Shown: positions 25,642 through 37,574 of the stretch, piece after piece | Position numbering within the stretch: position 1 is the first letter of the stretch | How the letters are laid out: every line of letters starts with the position of its first letter | NCBI RefSeq assembly: GCF_963921235.1 | Contig: NC_086114.1 | Coordinates: 50,484,072-50,532,000 of the forward strand | Length of the DNA stretch: 47,929 bases | Direction of reading: 5' to 3' | Origin: Mobula hypostoma | Lineage: Eukaryota | Position numbers and translations under genes: made by a program | The notes under the pieces: generated by a model | The model's database searches: none | What the model was told of the DNA's origin: nothing | The model's input: the letters and a program-made list of their open reading frames with translations, nothing else

Positions 25642-26695
25642 CTCAATGCCTTCTATGCTCGCTTTGACCATCAGAACATGGAGGAACCATTGTGAACTTC
25701 TGCATCCCCTGATGATCCTATGATCTCAGTCTCTACAGCTGATGTGCAGGCTGCCTTCAGGAGGTCAAATCCCCAGAAAGCACCTGGACCAGACAGGGTA
25801 CCAGGCCACATACTAAAGACCTGTGCTGACCATCTGGCTGGTGTGTTCACTGAGATCATTAACCCCGTCAGAGTGTGGTACCCACCTGCTTCAAGCAGTC
25901 TTCAATTATTCCGGCGCCCAAGAAGAGCATAGTGACCTGCCTCAATAACTATCATCCAGTTGCACTTACATCCACAGTGAAGACGTGTTTTGAGAGTTGG
26001 TGATGAAACATTTCAGTGCCTGCCTGAGAGGCAACTTGGATCCGCTCCAATTTACCTTCTGGAGCAATATGTCCACAGCAGATGCCATCTTCCTTTATTA
26101 ATCTTTTTATTGATTTAAAAAAAAGTATACATACAGTCAAGAGGAGAATTAATTCAAATATATATATATCAGTAACAATATAAATCAAGATTAAGATAAA
26201 TGTCAAAATCATAGATATTGTTAAACTAGTACAAAATATATAATAATTAAAAAAATAAAAATAACAATTCTGCTCTTACAAGTTTATGAAGAAAAAGGAA
26301 AAAACATTGGGTAAACCACTACACTATAATAAAACAAAAAAAAAGGGACTGGATAGTCCATGTTGAGCATACGACAAAAAAAAGAAAAATATTTTCTGAT
26401 CAAATCTAAAACTTTGAAAAGAAGATTGAAAGCATAATAAATCAAATTAAATGAAAATATTAGATAAAAGGTCGCCATACTTGTTCAAATTTAAAGGATG
26501 TATCAAATGTCCGACTTCTTATTTTCTCTGAACTTAGACAGGACATAATGGAGGAGAGCCAGTAAAAGACAGTAGGTGGATTAGAATCCTTCCACTTCAG
26601 TAAAAAGGCTCTCCTAGCCAGTAGGGTCGAATACAGCAGATGCCATCTCATTGGCTCTTCACTTAACCCTATAAAAACTGGACAGCAAAGCTCTG
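25642..26695 (+). mobile_element. Rex1/Babar RT fragment interrupted by an L1
   Basis: [25 protein letters not shown] motif; sequence resumes after the L1 TSD. Confidence 0.8.
26091..26632 (-). mobile_element. L1-clade LINE 3' end with 16-bp TSD
   Basis: acagcagatgccatct at 26075-26090 and 26633-26648. Minus-strand LLARRAFLLKWK...PPTVFYWL...VWRPFI resembles a fish L1 ORF2 C-terminus, followed by a T-rich 3' UTR and AATAAA. Confidence 0.85.
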
Positions 26696-26929
26696 CACTC
26701 TGTAATTATTTTCCCTTGTACTATCTCAATGCACTTTTGTAATAAATTGGTCTGTATGAACGTTGTGCAAGACAGGATTTTGCCTGTATGTTGCTATGTG
26801 TGACAATAATAAACCAATTTGCCAATTATGTACTTTAAATTGTATGTCACATTGACTGTACCTCAGCTGCAGTGTCCACAAGTGCCACTGTGTTTCGGGC
26901 ATCATTAGAGCTTGTCCACAGCATCGTAA

Positions 26930-27510
26930 TCCTAACCTGTATGTAATGCATTTTGGGCAGTCGAACCAGAGTTAGATAGTGATAGGAAGTGCGGTGCTCA
27001 GTGTTGTGAAACAGAAGGACCTGGAAGTACAAGTGCAGTTTGTAGAAAGACATTGTTGCACCGGAGAAGATCTACCATGGTGCTACCTGGACTGGAGGGC
27101 CTGAGTTATAGGGGAGTTTGGCAGTGGAGCACAGAAAAGAGGGGTGACCTCAGAGAGGCTTCAATGAATCATGATGGGTACGGATAAGGTGAGCAGTCAT
27201 AGATTTTTCCTCAGAGCGGGGAATCTAAAGTAGAGAGTACAAGAGTAGAGATGCAAGACAAGAGGGGAGAAATGTGAAGCTTCTTTTATACGGAGGAGCA
27301 TGAATATCTGGAACAAGGGGCCAGAGGAAGTGGTCCAGGCAGTATAATTACAACATTTAAGAGGCATTTAGATAGATGTATGGAGGGGAAGGACTTGAGG
27401 GTTATGGGCTGAACACAGGGAACTGGGACTAGCAGGGAGGATGCTGTGGTCAGCATGGACCAGTTGGGCCAAAGGGCCTGTTTCCATGCTATATTACTCT
27501 ATGGCTCTAT
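26930..27510 (+). mobile_element. Old CR1 3' fragment
   Basis: Decayed ORF2 C-terminus and 3' UTR ending ttactctatggctctat. Confidence 0.75.
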
Positions 27511-28930
27511 ATATCAGGGTGCTCTTTATTGACTACAGCTCAGCATTCAATCCCACAATTCCCTCAAAACTAATCAATAAGCTCCAAGATCTTGTCCTCA
27601 ATACCTCTTTGTGCAATCGGATCCCGGATTTCCTCACTTGCAGACCCCACTCAGTTCAGATGAGCAACATCATAAGACCATAAGACATAGGACCAGAATT
27701 AGGCCATTTGGTCCATCCAATCTGCTCTGCCATTCAATCATGGCTAATCCCTTTCTCCCCTTCTCAGCTCCACTCCCCGGCCTTCTCCCCATAATCTTTG
27801 ATGCAGGGAGAAGACCAAGGAATGGGGCTGAAGAAGGGGAGAAGAGGGTCAGCCATGATTGAATGGCGAAGCAGACTTCATGATCTCCATCAACAGAAGT
27901 GCACCGTAGCGATGTGCGCTTAGCCCCCTGCTCTACTCGCTTTACACCTATGACTGTGTGGCTAAGCACCGCTCCAATACCATATTCAAGATTGCTGACA
28001 ACACCTCCCAATCAGAACCGAATCAGAGGTGGTGACGGATCAACATACAGGAGGGGAGATTGAAAATCTGGCCAAGTGGTGTCATAACAACCACCTCCCA
28101 CTCAATGCTAGGAAGACCATGGAACTGATTATAGACTTCAGGAGAGGGAAATCAAAGGTCCGTAAGCCAGCCCTAATTAGAGGATCATTGGTAGAGAGGG
28201 CCAGCAACCTTCAATTCCTGGGTGTTACCATGTGAGAGGACAACCTGGACCCACCCAGCACATAAGTGCAATTGCCAAGTGGTGCTTCTACTTCCTTAGG
28301 AGTCTGTGGATATTCGGCATGACATCCAAACCTTTGGCAAATTTCTATTGCTGTGTACTGGAGAGTGTATTGACTGGCTGCATCATGACCTGGTATGGAA
28401 ACACCATTGCCTTTAAATGGAAATTCCTACAAAAGGTGGTCCCTTCAGCCCAGTACATCACTAGGAATGCCCTCCCATCCACTGAGCACACCTACATGAA
28501 ATGCTGTCATAGGAAAACTGCATCCGTCATCAGAGATCCCCACCACTCCGGTCATGATCTCTCTCACTGCTGTCGTTAGGTAGGACTCGCACCACAAGCC
28601 TCAAGAACAGTTATCACCCCTCAACCATCAGGCTCTTGAATAAAAGGGGATAGCTGCACTCTCTTGCCTCATCATTAAAATGTTCCTACAACCAACTGAT
28701 CTCACTTTAAGTCTCTCTATCTCATGTTCTCATTATTTTTTGCTATTTATTTAGATTTGCATTTGCACAGTTTGTTGCTTTCTGCCCTCTGGTTGATCTT
28801 TCATTGATCCTGTTATAGTTGCTATTCTATAGATTTGCTGAGTATGCCACAAGAAAATGAATCCCAGGGTTGTATATGGTGACATATACAGTGTGTGATT
28901 TGATAATAAAATTTACTTTGAACTTTGAAT
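27511..28930 (+). mobile_element. Rex1/Babar LINE fragment containing a CR1-tail fold-back insertion
   Basis: [24 protein letters not shown] and LESVLTGCIMTWYG motifs; tail aataaaatttactttgaactttgaa. Confidence 0.85.
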
Positions 28931-29324
28931 GTTTGCGGTGGGGGGAGGCAGAGCAAATTCAATGGGCCAAATGGCCTAATTCTGCTCCTAGGTCATATGG
29001 TACATCTGTAGGAATTTGTAGGTCATTGGTGACATACCAATCTCCTCAGACCTCTAATGAAACATAGCCACTATTGAGCCTTCTTTGTAATTGCATGAAT
29101 ATGTTGCACCCTAAGTAGATCTTCAGAGACATTGGCACACAGGAACTTGAAACTGTTCACCCTTTCCACTGCTGATTGCTTGATGGGGACCGCTGTGTGT
29201 TCCCTCGACTTCCCCTTCCCGAAGTTCACAATCAATTCCATGGTCTTACTGGCCTGAATGCCAGGTTGTTGTTGCAAAACAAATCAACCAGCTGATCCAT
29301 CTTGCTCTTGTATACCTCGTTGTA

Positions 29325-29615
29325 GGGGATGGCGTGGGGAGAGAAGGGGTGGACAGAGGGGAAGGGAGAGAGGGGGAGGGGAGGGGGAGAGGGAGGGGAG
29401 AGGGGGTGGAGGGGGAGAAAGGGGGATAGTAGTGGGAGAGGGTGTAGGGGAGAGTGGGGTGAAAGGAAGGGGTGGAGAGGAGGCGACGGAGAGGGGATGT
29501 AGAAGGGGAGGGAAGAGAGGGATGTAGATGGGGAGGGGAGAGGGATGGAGGGGTAGGGTGAGAAGGAGAGAGGGTGGAGACTGGGGGAATAGGGGGAGTC
29601 GGGTGGGGGGAAGAA
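29325..29615 (+). repeat. G/A-rich low-complexity tract
   Basis: ~290 nt almost purely purine, with many G3-G6 runs. Confidence 0.9.
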
Positions 29616-30091
29616 GCAGGGTGATGGCAACCAAGAGAATTGGGCAGATTAGGAGGGACAGATGAGCACAGGTTACCTGAAGCTCAAGAATTCCAAGTTT
29701 GTGCCATGCGGTTGAAGACTATTCTACCGTCCAGTTTTATCAACTCTGGAAATGCTTCACAAAAATCTCAGCTGCTGTTCTATAGACGCACTTCTGGCAT
29801 CTACGCTCTCCTATGTTGTCTTTGATACCTTTCAGGCTTTCTCAGGGAGTCAGATCTGATGGAAATGGCTTGCAAAACCCAGGGAGTTAATCATCTTCAG
29901 CGAGTAAACCAATATTTATTCCTCCACAACATTTTTAAATAGGTGGCTGTTTTTGTATTTGAAATCTTCTTGTGTGCAAATGGACTGCAGCAATTTCAAA
30001 CAATTTCAAAGGCACTTTCCTGGCTCTCGAATGCATCAGAAATGATAGGGAAGCTACTTTCTGCTTCAAGACCGACGTAAGTGAGGAATAG

Positions 30092-30111
30092 ACTACAGGT
30101 CCCAGAATGCA
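30092..30111 (+). promoter_or_regulatory. ZNF143/THAP11-type promoter motif (ACTACAggTCCCAgaATGCA), probable NEIL1 promoter
   Basis: Matches the known ACTACAnnTCCCAnnATGC vertebrate promoter motif. Lies in a locally CpG-enriched patch ~1.15 kb upstream of the NEIL1 ATG. Confidence 0.7.
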
Positions 30112-30841
30112 TTCGCGAGGAAGTCGAGTCGACTGTGCACAGGAGGAAGAGGCGCTAGAAATAAGCTGGGTTCGTTCAAACTAAACACTGTATTGAGGTT
30201 TTGCAACGTTTGTCTTGATTGCACTGGTAGTTTACTTGCGCGCGTGTTGGTTGTCTTCAGTCAGATCTAAGATGCAAACTTTGCGCGTTTTATTGCGCAC
30301 CGAGCTGTTTGTAACCAATTGCACATGTCGGCAACAAATCCCAACGAACCGTTTCATTCAGTGCCTTAAGGGTGCATTTTTTTTTTGCAGACTGTGAGAA
30401 CTCATTTTAAAGTCGATTGAGATTTAAACCTTATTTAGTGCAACTAATCTCTGCCGACATTGCTGAATGTGTAATGTGGCCTCTGTGTGATTAGGTGCTT
30501 GGAATCAGGATAGACAAGGCACAGGAAATGGTACGTTTACACCATGTTTTAGTGTGGTTTGGCTTTGATTTTAGGTATCAGCTGGGGTTGAGTGGGGAAA
30601 GCTGCCAGATCTGGTCAGGAGGTTTATGAGAGCGATCCCAACTTTGCACATTATGCGCGATGACACTCCCATACAAGACTATACAAGTTAGAGGCAAATC
30701 GAACAAGTCATGAGCACAAGGAGAGATACAATGAAAACGCTGCTTCAGCTGCATCAGGCGCATGGGTAGAGAGAACACAGCGAAAAAATAAGGGCATGAA
30801 CACAGTGGTATCAGAGGGAGTCTTTAGTGTTCCGTTGCTGA

Positions 30842-30893
30842 GTTATGTTGGTTGTATCTGTCGGAGAGTTGTGTTGGTTGTATCTGTCGGAGA
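30842..30893 (+). repeat. 26-bp tandem duplication
   Basis: gtt(a/g)tgttggttgtatctgtcggaga x2. Confidence 0.9.
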
Positions 30894-31249
30894 CTGACAG
30901 TTCCTGATCACGGTAGAGTGTGGCACTGTTGGAAATGACGTCCTGTGATCCAGAGGTGAATTATCTAAGGCCTCACCTTCACACTTGGGTGGATGTAACA
31001 GGTCCCATGACATTATCTGAAGAAGAATAGGAGGGTGCTTATTCCCTGTGTCCTGACCAATATAGGGGCTGTGGGACTCCGGCCAGAGAAGGAGTTGGCC
31101 TGGGCTAGATCAGCTGGATCAGATGAACTATGGAGAGACTTGATTGTTTCAGTAGTTTCCTCGGGTCTGAGGAGATATTTTCCACCATCAACTCGGTTGA
31201 TCTCTCTCAGTGTCGTTTGTTTTATTCTTAACCCAGGTTGTCCTATAAA

Positions 31250-31722
31250 ATGCCTGAAGGACCCGAGCTTCACTTGGCAAGCAAGTTTGTTAACAGGGTC
31301 TGCAGTGGCCTCGTGTTTTCAGGGAGCGTGGAAAAATCTGCTGTGAGTAAAAACTGTGAGGTACCATTCCGGTGCGACGCCTACATCATCTCAGCGGTGT
31401 CACGGGGGAAGGAGGTCAAGTTGACCCTGGCACCAATCAAAGAGGAGGACTGGAAGGATGATGTGAAGTGCCCGGCAACGGAGCCTGGGGAAGCGTCTCC
31501 TGGTCCGGTGGATATTGTCTTCCGCTTTGGGATGTCTGGCTCGTTTGAACTGGCTGCAGAGGAGGAGGTCCCAAAACATGCCCACCTCAGGTTCTTCACC
31601 AGAGACAAGCCCAGACAGGTGCTGTGCTTTGTGGACCCAAGAAGGTTTGGAAGCTGGGAGCTCAACGGGACCTGGCAGCCGGACAGAGGACCCTGTGTGA
31701 TGTTTGAATATGAAAAATTCAG
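31250..31722 (+). CDS. NEIL1: Endonuclease VIII-like 1 DNA glycosylase, first coding exon (MPEGPELHLAS...GPCVMFEYEKFR)
   Basis: Acceptor acccag ending 31236, ATG at 31250, donor gtatgt at 31723. Fpg/Nei N-terminal PEGPE motif. Confidence 0.98.
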
Positions 31723-32227
31723 GTATGTTGTAGTAGAACCTACAGAACAAAAATAGGCCCGTGTGGCCAGTGTCATTCATGCCACCCGCAATGACGATCT
31801 ACCCTAATGCCATTTGCCCGCGTGAGCCCCATATCACTCCATTCCTTTCATGTCCAAGTATGTGTCCAAATAGTAATTTGTTTATTATTGTCTCATGTGC
31901 TGAGATAGACTGAAAACATGTTTTGCAAGCCATCTATACAGATCACTTAACTGAATAAGTGCATTGAGATTATTATTAATATTAAGTGAAAAGCAGAATG
32001 TAGTGTTACTGTTAGAGAAAGTACAGGCAATAACATGCAAGGGCCACCTTGGGGTAGATTTTGAGGTCAGGAATCCATCCTATTGTACAAGAGACCCATT
32101 TAATAGTCTTGAACAGTGGTTCAAGGTTCATTTTATTGTCAAAGTATACATGTACAATACAACTCTGATATTAGTCTTCTCCAGATACCCAAGAAAATGC
32201 AAAAGAAACAAAACTCGCAGACCCCAG

Positions 32228-32470
32228 AATCCCCCACCCTCTCCCCCCAGAAAAAGAACAGCGACAATAACAATCCCCCACCCCCTTCCCCACAGAAAAA
32301 AACAGCAACATTAGCAATCCCCGACCCCTCTCCCTTTCACAAAAAAACAGCAACAATAATAATTCCCCACCCCTCTCTCCCGCAGTAAAAACAGCAACAA
32401 TAATAATCCTGACACTCTCCCTGCAGAAAAAAAACCAGCAACCATAACAATTCCCCGACCCTCTCCTCTC
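32228..32470 (+). repeat. Imperfect minisatellite, ~5-6 units of ~40 bp
   Basis: Repeating C-rich block plus aaaaacagcaacaataa(t/c)aat. Confidence 0.85.
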
Positions 32471-32509
32471 TGTCCATGAGCCTGGGTGCATATTTTCAGG
32501 TTGTTGTGT

Positions 32510-32812
32510 ATTTTGCACAGTACTGTAGTAATTTTATGCAATGTACTGTACCACTGCTGCTGCAAAAAAAAACAAATTTCATGACAGATGTAAGTGATGA
32601 TAAACCTGATTCTGATATGGGTGTCTGTAGTGGACTGAGAGTGGGAAGAGGGCAGGGAGAAGGGAATCATGGTTGGGAAAAGGGGAAGAGAGAGGGGAAG
32701 GAGTGGGAAGCACCATAGAGACATTCTGTAATGATCAATAAACCAATTGTTCAGAATCAAATGACCTTACCTGGTGTCTCAGGGTGGGGTGTGCCTACAC
32801 CTGTGCCACACC
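32510..32812. mobile_element. Partial copy of the TIR element at 36284-36804
   Basis: Colinear with 36340-36630 (gcacagtactgtagtaattttatg...tctgtaatgatcaataaaccaattgtt). Confidence 0.85.
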
Positions 32813-32904
32813 AATAGTCTTGACTCGCCAATGGGGGTGCCTTTGCATGCAGTCGAAGCAACGGCCTCATTTTTTAACCATGCCTCCTTTGCTAACCTAC
32901 ACAG

Positions 32905-33024
32905 GCAGAATGTGCTGTCGAATCTATCTAACAAAGCTTTTGACAAGCCGATCTGTGAGATGCTATTAAACCAGAAGTACTTCAATGGAATTGGGAATTA
33001 CCTACGGGCAGAGATACTCTTCAG
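32905..33024 (+). CDS. NEIL1: NEIL1 coding exon 2 (QNVLSNLSNKAFDKPICEMLLNQKYFNGIGNYLRAEILFR), H2TH
   Basis: acag acceptor, gtgagt donor, 120 nt. Confidence 0.97.
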
Positions 33025-33327
33025 GTGAGTGAGGTGTTTCAGTTCTTCCCTTATTTCATTGGGAATTGAGCCTTGTATCCCTCCCCACAGCCACAGGGGT
33101 GGGGGGTGGGGGGCAAACAGTATTTAGTTCCCACCAGTGTGGGATTGGAAATACACCCATCCTACTAGAACTTAATGTGGGCCATATGGCCCCCAGGGGC
33201 CCATGCCAGATTTCATACGATTAAAAAACAAGAAACTGGAGACCACAGGAGTTTCTGAATGGGCCATGAGAAATTTGCTGTTGTAGTGAAATATTCCTCA
33301 GATATATGAATTAAAAAGGGATGAATA

Positions 33328-33712
33328 GTAACATAGAAAATAGGTGCAGGAGTAGGCCATTCGGCCCTTCGAGCCTACACCGCCATTTATTATGATCATG
33401 GCTGATCATCCAACTCAGAACCCTGTACCTGCCTTCTCTCCATACCCCCTGATCCCTTTAGCCACCAGGGCCATATCTAACTCCCTCTTAAATATAGCCA
33501 ATGAACTGGACTCAACTGTTTCCTGTGGCAGAGAATTCCACAGATTCACCACGCTCTGTGTGAAGAAGTTTTTCCTCATCTCGGTCTGAAAAGTCTTCCC
33601 TTTTATCCTTAAACTGTGACCCCTCGTTCTGGACTTCCCCAACATCGGGAACAATCTCCCTGCATCTATCCTGTCCAATCCCTTTAGAATTTTATACGTT
33701 TCAATAAGATCC
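33328..33712 (-). mobile_element. CR1 3' end (antisense)
   Basis: Minus ORF DLIETYKILKGLDR...RKNFFTQSVVNLWNSLP. Confidence 0.92.
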
Positions 33713-34280
33713 AATTGTTACAATACATACATACAGTCCAGAATACATACAATAATGTATATAACACACAAAAAGCTAGAGGAATTCACACCCTGTGGGG
33801 CATCCCCCTGAGACCCGCTCCACATCCACCCCCAAGTCAGTGAGCAGACTGGCATGACCCAGCAGGATACCTGCAACATTATATTCAACACATAATAGTA
33901 CCTATAATCTGTTAAAATATAAATATTGATACTATAATAGAATAATTAGTATAGTTGACCAAAAAAAAGCTCTAGAAACTAACAGAGTGTGGGGGTCACA
34001 GAGGTAAATGAAAGTGGGTTACGAGCAGAAAATGGTTAAGAATCACTGATCTAAACTTCTCCACAGCCTTGATCCAACAAAAGGATTTCCAGAGTTGAAG
34101 TTCGGAGTAGCTTCTGACTGAGTTTGGTATCAAGGAGCCATTGTAAAACTGAAGTCATGGGCATCGTGGGGAAGGTACACAGTGGTGTGAACCTTAGCTC
34201 ATGCAAAGGATGGTTGTGCTTGTTGGAGGTAAATCACTCTGCCCCAGGACATCATTGTGGGAATTCCTCAGGAGAGTGTC

Positions 34281-34982
34281 AATAGACAATAGACACTAGA
34301 CAGTAGGTGTAGGAGTAGGCCATTCGGCCCTTTGAGCCAGCACCGCCATTCACTGTGATCATGGCTGATCATCCACAATCAGTACCCCATTCCTGCCTTC
34401 TCCCCATATCCCTTGACTTCGCTATCTTTAAGAGCTCTGTCTAACTCTTTCTTGAAAGCATCCAGAGAATTGGCCTCCACTGCCCTCTGAGGCAGAGCAT
34501 TCCACAGATCCACAATTCTCTGGGTGAAAAAGTTTTTCCTCAACTCCGTTCTAATTGGCCTACCCCTTGTTCTCAAACTGTGGCCTCTGGTTCTGGACTC
34601 CCCCAACATCGGAAACATGTTTCCTGCCTCCAGCGTGTCCAATCCCTTAATAATTTTATATGTTTCAATCAGATCCCCTCTCATCCTTCTAAATTCCAGT
34701 GTATACAAGCCCAGTTGCTCCAATCTTTCAACATATGACAGTCCCGCCAACCCGGGAATTAACCTTGTGAACCTACGCTGCACTTCCTCAATAGCAAGAA
34801 TGCCCTAATTCAAATTTGGAGACCAAAGCTGCACACAGTACTCCAGGTGTGGTCTTACCAGGCCCCGTACGACTGCAGAAGAACGTCTTTTCTCCTATAC
34901 TCAACTCCCCTTGTTATGAAGGCCCACATGCCATTGGCTTTCTTCACTGCCTGCTGTACCTGCATGCTTACTTTCAGTGACT
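34281..34982 (-). mobile_element. CR1 3' fragment (antisense) nested in an older sense LINE fragment (~34050-35380)
   Basis: Minus ORF 34379-34783 and (caataga)n tail. Probable TSD agtgtc at 34275-34280 and 34991-34996. Confidence 0.93.
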
Positions 34983-35824
34983 AAGGCCTCAGTGTCCTAG
35001 GCCCAATCCTCTTCAGCTGTTTTATCTAGGACCTTCCTTCTGTTATAAGGCCAAAGGTGGGGATGTTCACTCTTTAATTCCATTTGTAACTCCTCAGCAA
35101 ATGAAACAGTCCATGCCTGTGATTCAGAAAGACTCAGACAATAGTCACAGATGGGCTGAAATTGGCCAGTAAAGTTTTGTGTCACAGAAGTATGAGGCAG
35201 TGACCATCTTCAACAGGAGAGAGTCTAATCACTTTCCCCTGACATCAGCTATCATTACCATCCCCAAGTCCTTTGCCATTGATATCCTCAAATCGCTGTT
35301 GATTGGAAACTCAACCAGACCAGCCATGTAGCTTCTGGACGAGTAGTAAGCACAAGATCAATGGTGAGGCCTATGTCCCTGCTCCATGGATGCAAACACA
35401 GGTCAGGGACTGGCTACCCTGTGATGGTTGACACACCTCCTGACAACCAAAATTCTTTCCACTATCTACAGACCTGTGTCACAGAGTCATTGAGCACTGA
35501 ATCCACCATCAGAATTCTGAATAGTCTATGAGCACTAACTCATTATTTTGCTCTTTGTACTGTTTGTTTATTTTATATTGTTGGTTATAGTATTTTTTAC
35601 TGTTGCCATAAAACAAATTTAATGACATATGGCAGTGATACTAAACGTGATTCTGATTCAGAAATCTCCCCAACTGGTCCTCGCCAACCAAGATTCCCAT
35701 CTAAGCTAGTCCCATTTGGCCTATATCCCTCTAAACCTCTCCTCTGCATGTCCTTTTACCTGTACCTGTCTCATCCACTTCCTCTGACAGCTCATTCTCT
35801 ATACTAATCTGTCTTTATCTTTAG

Positions 35825-35888
35825 GTTGAAAGTTCCTCCGTTTGAGAAAGCAAGGACGGTGTTGGAAGCTTTACTTCATAAGGAGACG
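35825..35888 (+). CDS. NEIL1: NEIL1 coding exon 3 (LKVPPFEKARTVLEALLHKET)
   Basis: tttag acceptor, gtaagg donor, 64 nt. Confidence 0.96.
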
Positions 35889-36283
35889 GTAAGGTTAATC
35901 CCAGGGTTTTACGGAGACAAGGTGGGAAAGAGTTTCCATCATCTGAACATTTTCACTGGAGCAGAGAGGAATGTGAAAACTCCCAGGGAATGCTGTGATA
36001 TACATCCCTGAATCTGGAATATCGCAATGGTCCTTTGCAAAGTACCATTGGATTATTGGATCATTTTGCATTCCATAGATTTATTTTTGTTTGTGACAAA
36101 GAAACAGGTAAAACAATTTCTTTGTCACACGCAAAAAACATCCACAGCTTAGTTGCTATACCTACACACAACTAAAGTTTTTCTATGATCTGTATTTCAT
36201 GGGAAATACTTTTGACTATGTGGCTAAACTCAGATCAAACGCTATCTGTAAATTTGCCAGTGACACAACTGCTTTTCATAGTG

Positions 36284-36804
36284 CAGCACTGTGCAAAAGT
36301 CTCAGCACATATATGTAGTTAGGGTGCCTAAGCCCTCCGCACAGTACTGTAGTAATTTTATGTATTGCACAAAAAAAAACACAGATTTCATGACATGTGT
36401 GAGTGATGATAAACCTGATTCTGATATGGGTCTCTGTTGTGGACTGAGAGTGGGAAGGGGGCAGGGAGAGGGGAATCGTGGCTGGGAAAGGGGGAAGGGA
36501 GAGGGGAGGAAGTGGGAGGCACCAGAGAAACTTTCTGTAATGATCAATAAACCAATTGTTTGGAATCAAATGGCCTTGGGGTCATTTCAGGGCTCTCAGG
36601 GCTGGGTGTGTCTGCACCTACACCACACCCCACCCCATCCACCTCCTTGTCTGCCACCCGTCCCACACTCCTCCTGCAATGCACCACTCTTGCCACTTCC
36701 ATCATCCTTTGGTCCTGCCAGATTTACAAACTTGCACTCTGCTCCACGTTGACATATACCTGGTTATATACCGTATATGTGCCTAAGATTTTTGCACAGT
36801 ACTG
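36284..36804. mobile_element. Non-autonomous Tc1/mariner-type element (MITE)
   Basis: TIRs cagcactgtgcaaaagtct-cagcac ... gtgcctaagatttttgcacagtactg, followed by TA. Inserted in a Rex RT remnant. Confidence 0.8.
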
Positions 36805-37395
36805 TATATCAGATGTCGATGAGGAGGTGTACACGAGTGAGATGGATTAGGTTCTCAACAACAACCTCACACTCAATGTCTGTGAGAGCAATGATCTTCC
36901 CTTTTCTGCTCATTGATTTGGGTTCCTGATCATGCAATTAAGTTATGCTACCTGACTAGTAATCCAGTAAAAAAAAACAGGTTCACTCCAATCTGTACCA
37001 TGGCAGTAGGTGAATCTAAGTTTAGTTAAGTAACCTGGAATGTGGAAATGCCAGTTGAGGTTGACCACCTGCTTCAGAGTCAGGAGGGGTCTTGTACTCA
37101 ACACTTCCTGGGTGCTAACTCCTGAGCTAACCTGGCAGAATGTCCAGGAAGGCCGAACCCATTCATCGTTTCATGGATGAGGCGCTGTGGAAGAACAAGA
37201 ATGAGGAGGAAGGTTCGGCCAGTCGTATAACGTGTAAAGGTTGGGGCAAAGTGAGCTGAGATTGGGGGAGAGCAGTTGGATGGGAGTGGAACACAATGGC
37301 CAAGAGGTCTATAAGGGTTATTGAAGATCAGGAGCTTGCTTCCAATGCAGCTACATTGAGCCATAGCACTGACTGTCCATCTCTCTATTCTCAAG

Positions 37396-37495
37396 ACAGC
37401 TGAGTTGACTCTGAGTAAGAAAATAAAGATGAAGTTGGAAAATCCTGATGTTCTTGAGCTCTGCCACTTGCTACCAATGGAGGTCATTAATTTGG
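37396..37495 (+). CDS. NEIL1: NEIL1 coding exon 4 (TAELTLSKKIKMKLENPDVLELCHLLPMEVINL)
   Basis: tcaag acceptor, gtaagt donor, 100 nt keeps the frame. Confidence 0.94.
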
Positions 37496-37574
37496 GTAAG
37501 TGGTTCTATCTTCAGGCAGAAAAATGCTGATAATCCACCCGTCATCCCTTTGGAAATCCAATTTATGGTCCAGC

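Noticed and set aside
29232-29634. Pro/Ser-rich and Gly/Arg-rich ORFs
   Set aside because: Artefacts of a stop-free purine tract.
31238-31756. 172-aa single-exon ORF from the ORF track
   Set aside because: NEIL1 needs Pro2 at the N-terminus, so the start is 31250. Sequence after 31722 is intron read-through.
32228-32470. CRISPR-like array
   Set aside because: Units are degenerate low-complexity tandem repeats without unique spacers, and the context is a vertebrate intron with no cas genes.
37396-37399. CAG ending at 37399 as the acceptor of NEIL1 coding exon 4
   Set aside because: It would shift the frame by 4 nt; the AAG ending at 37395 keeps the frame.
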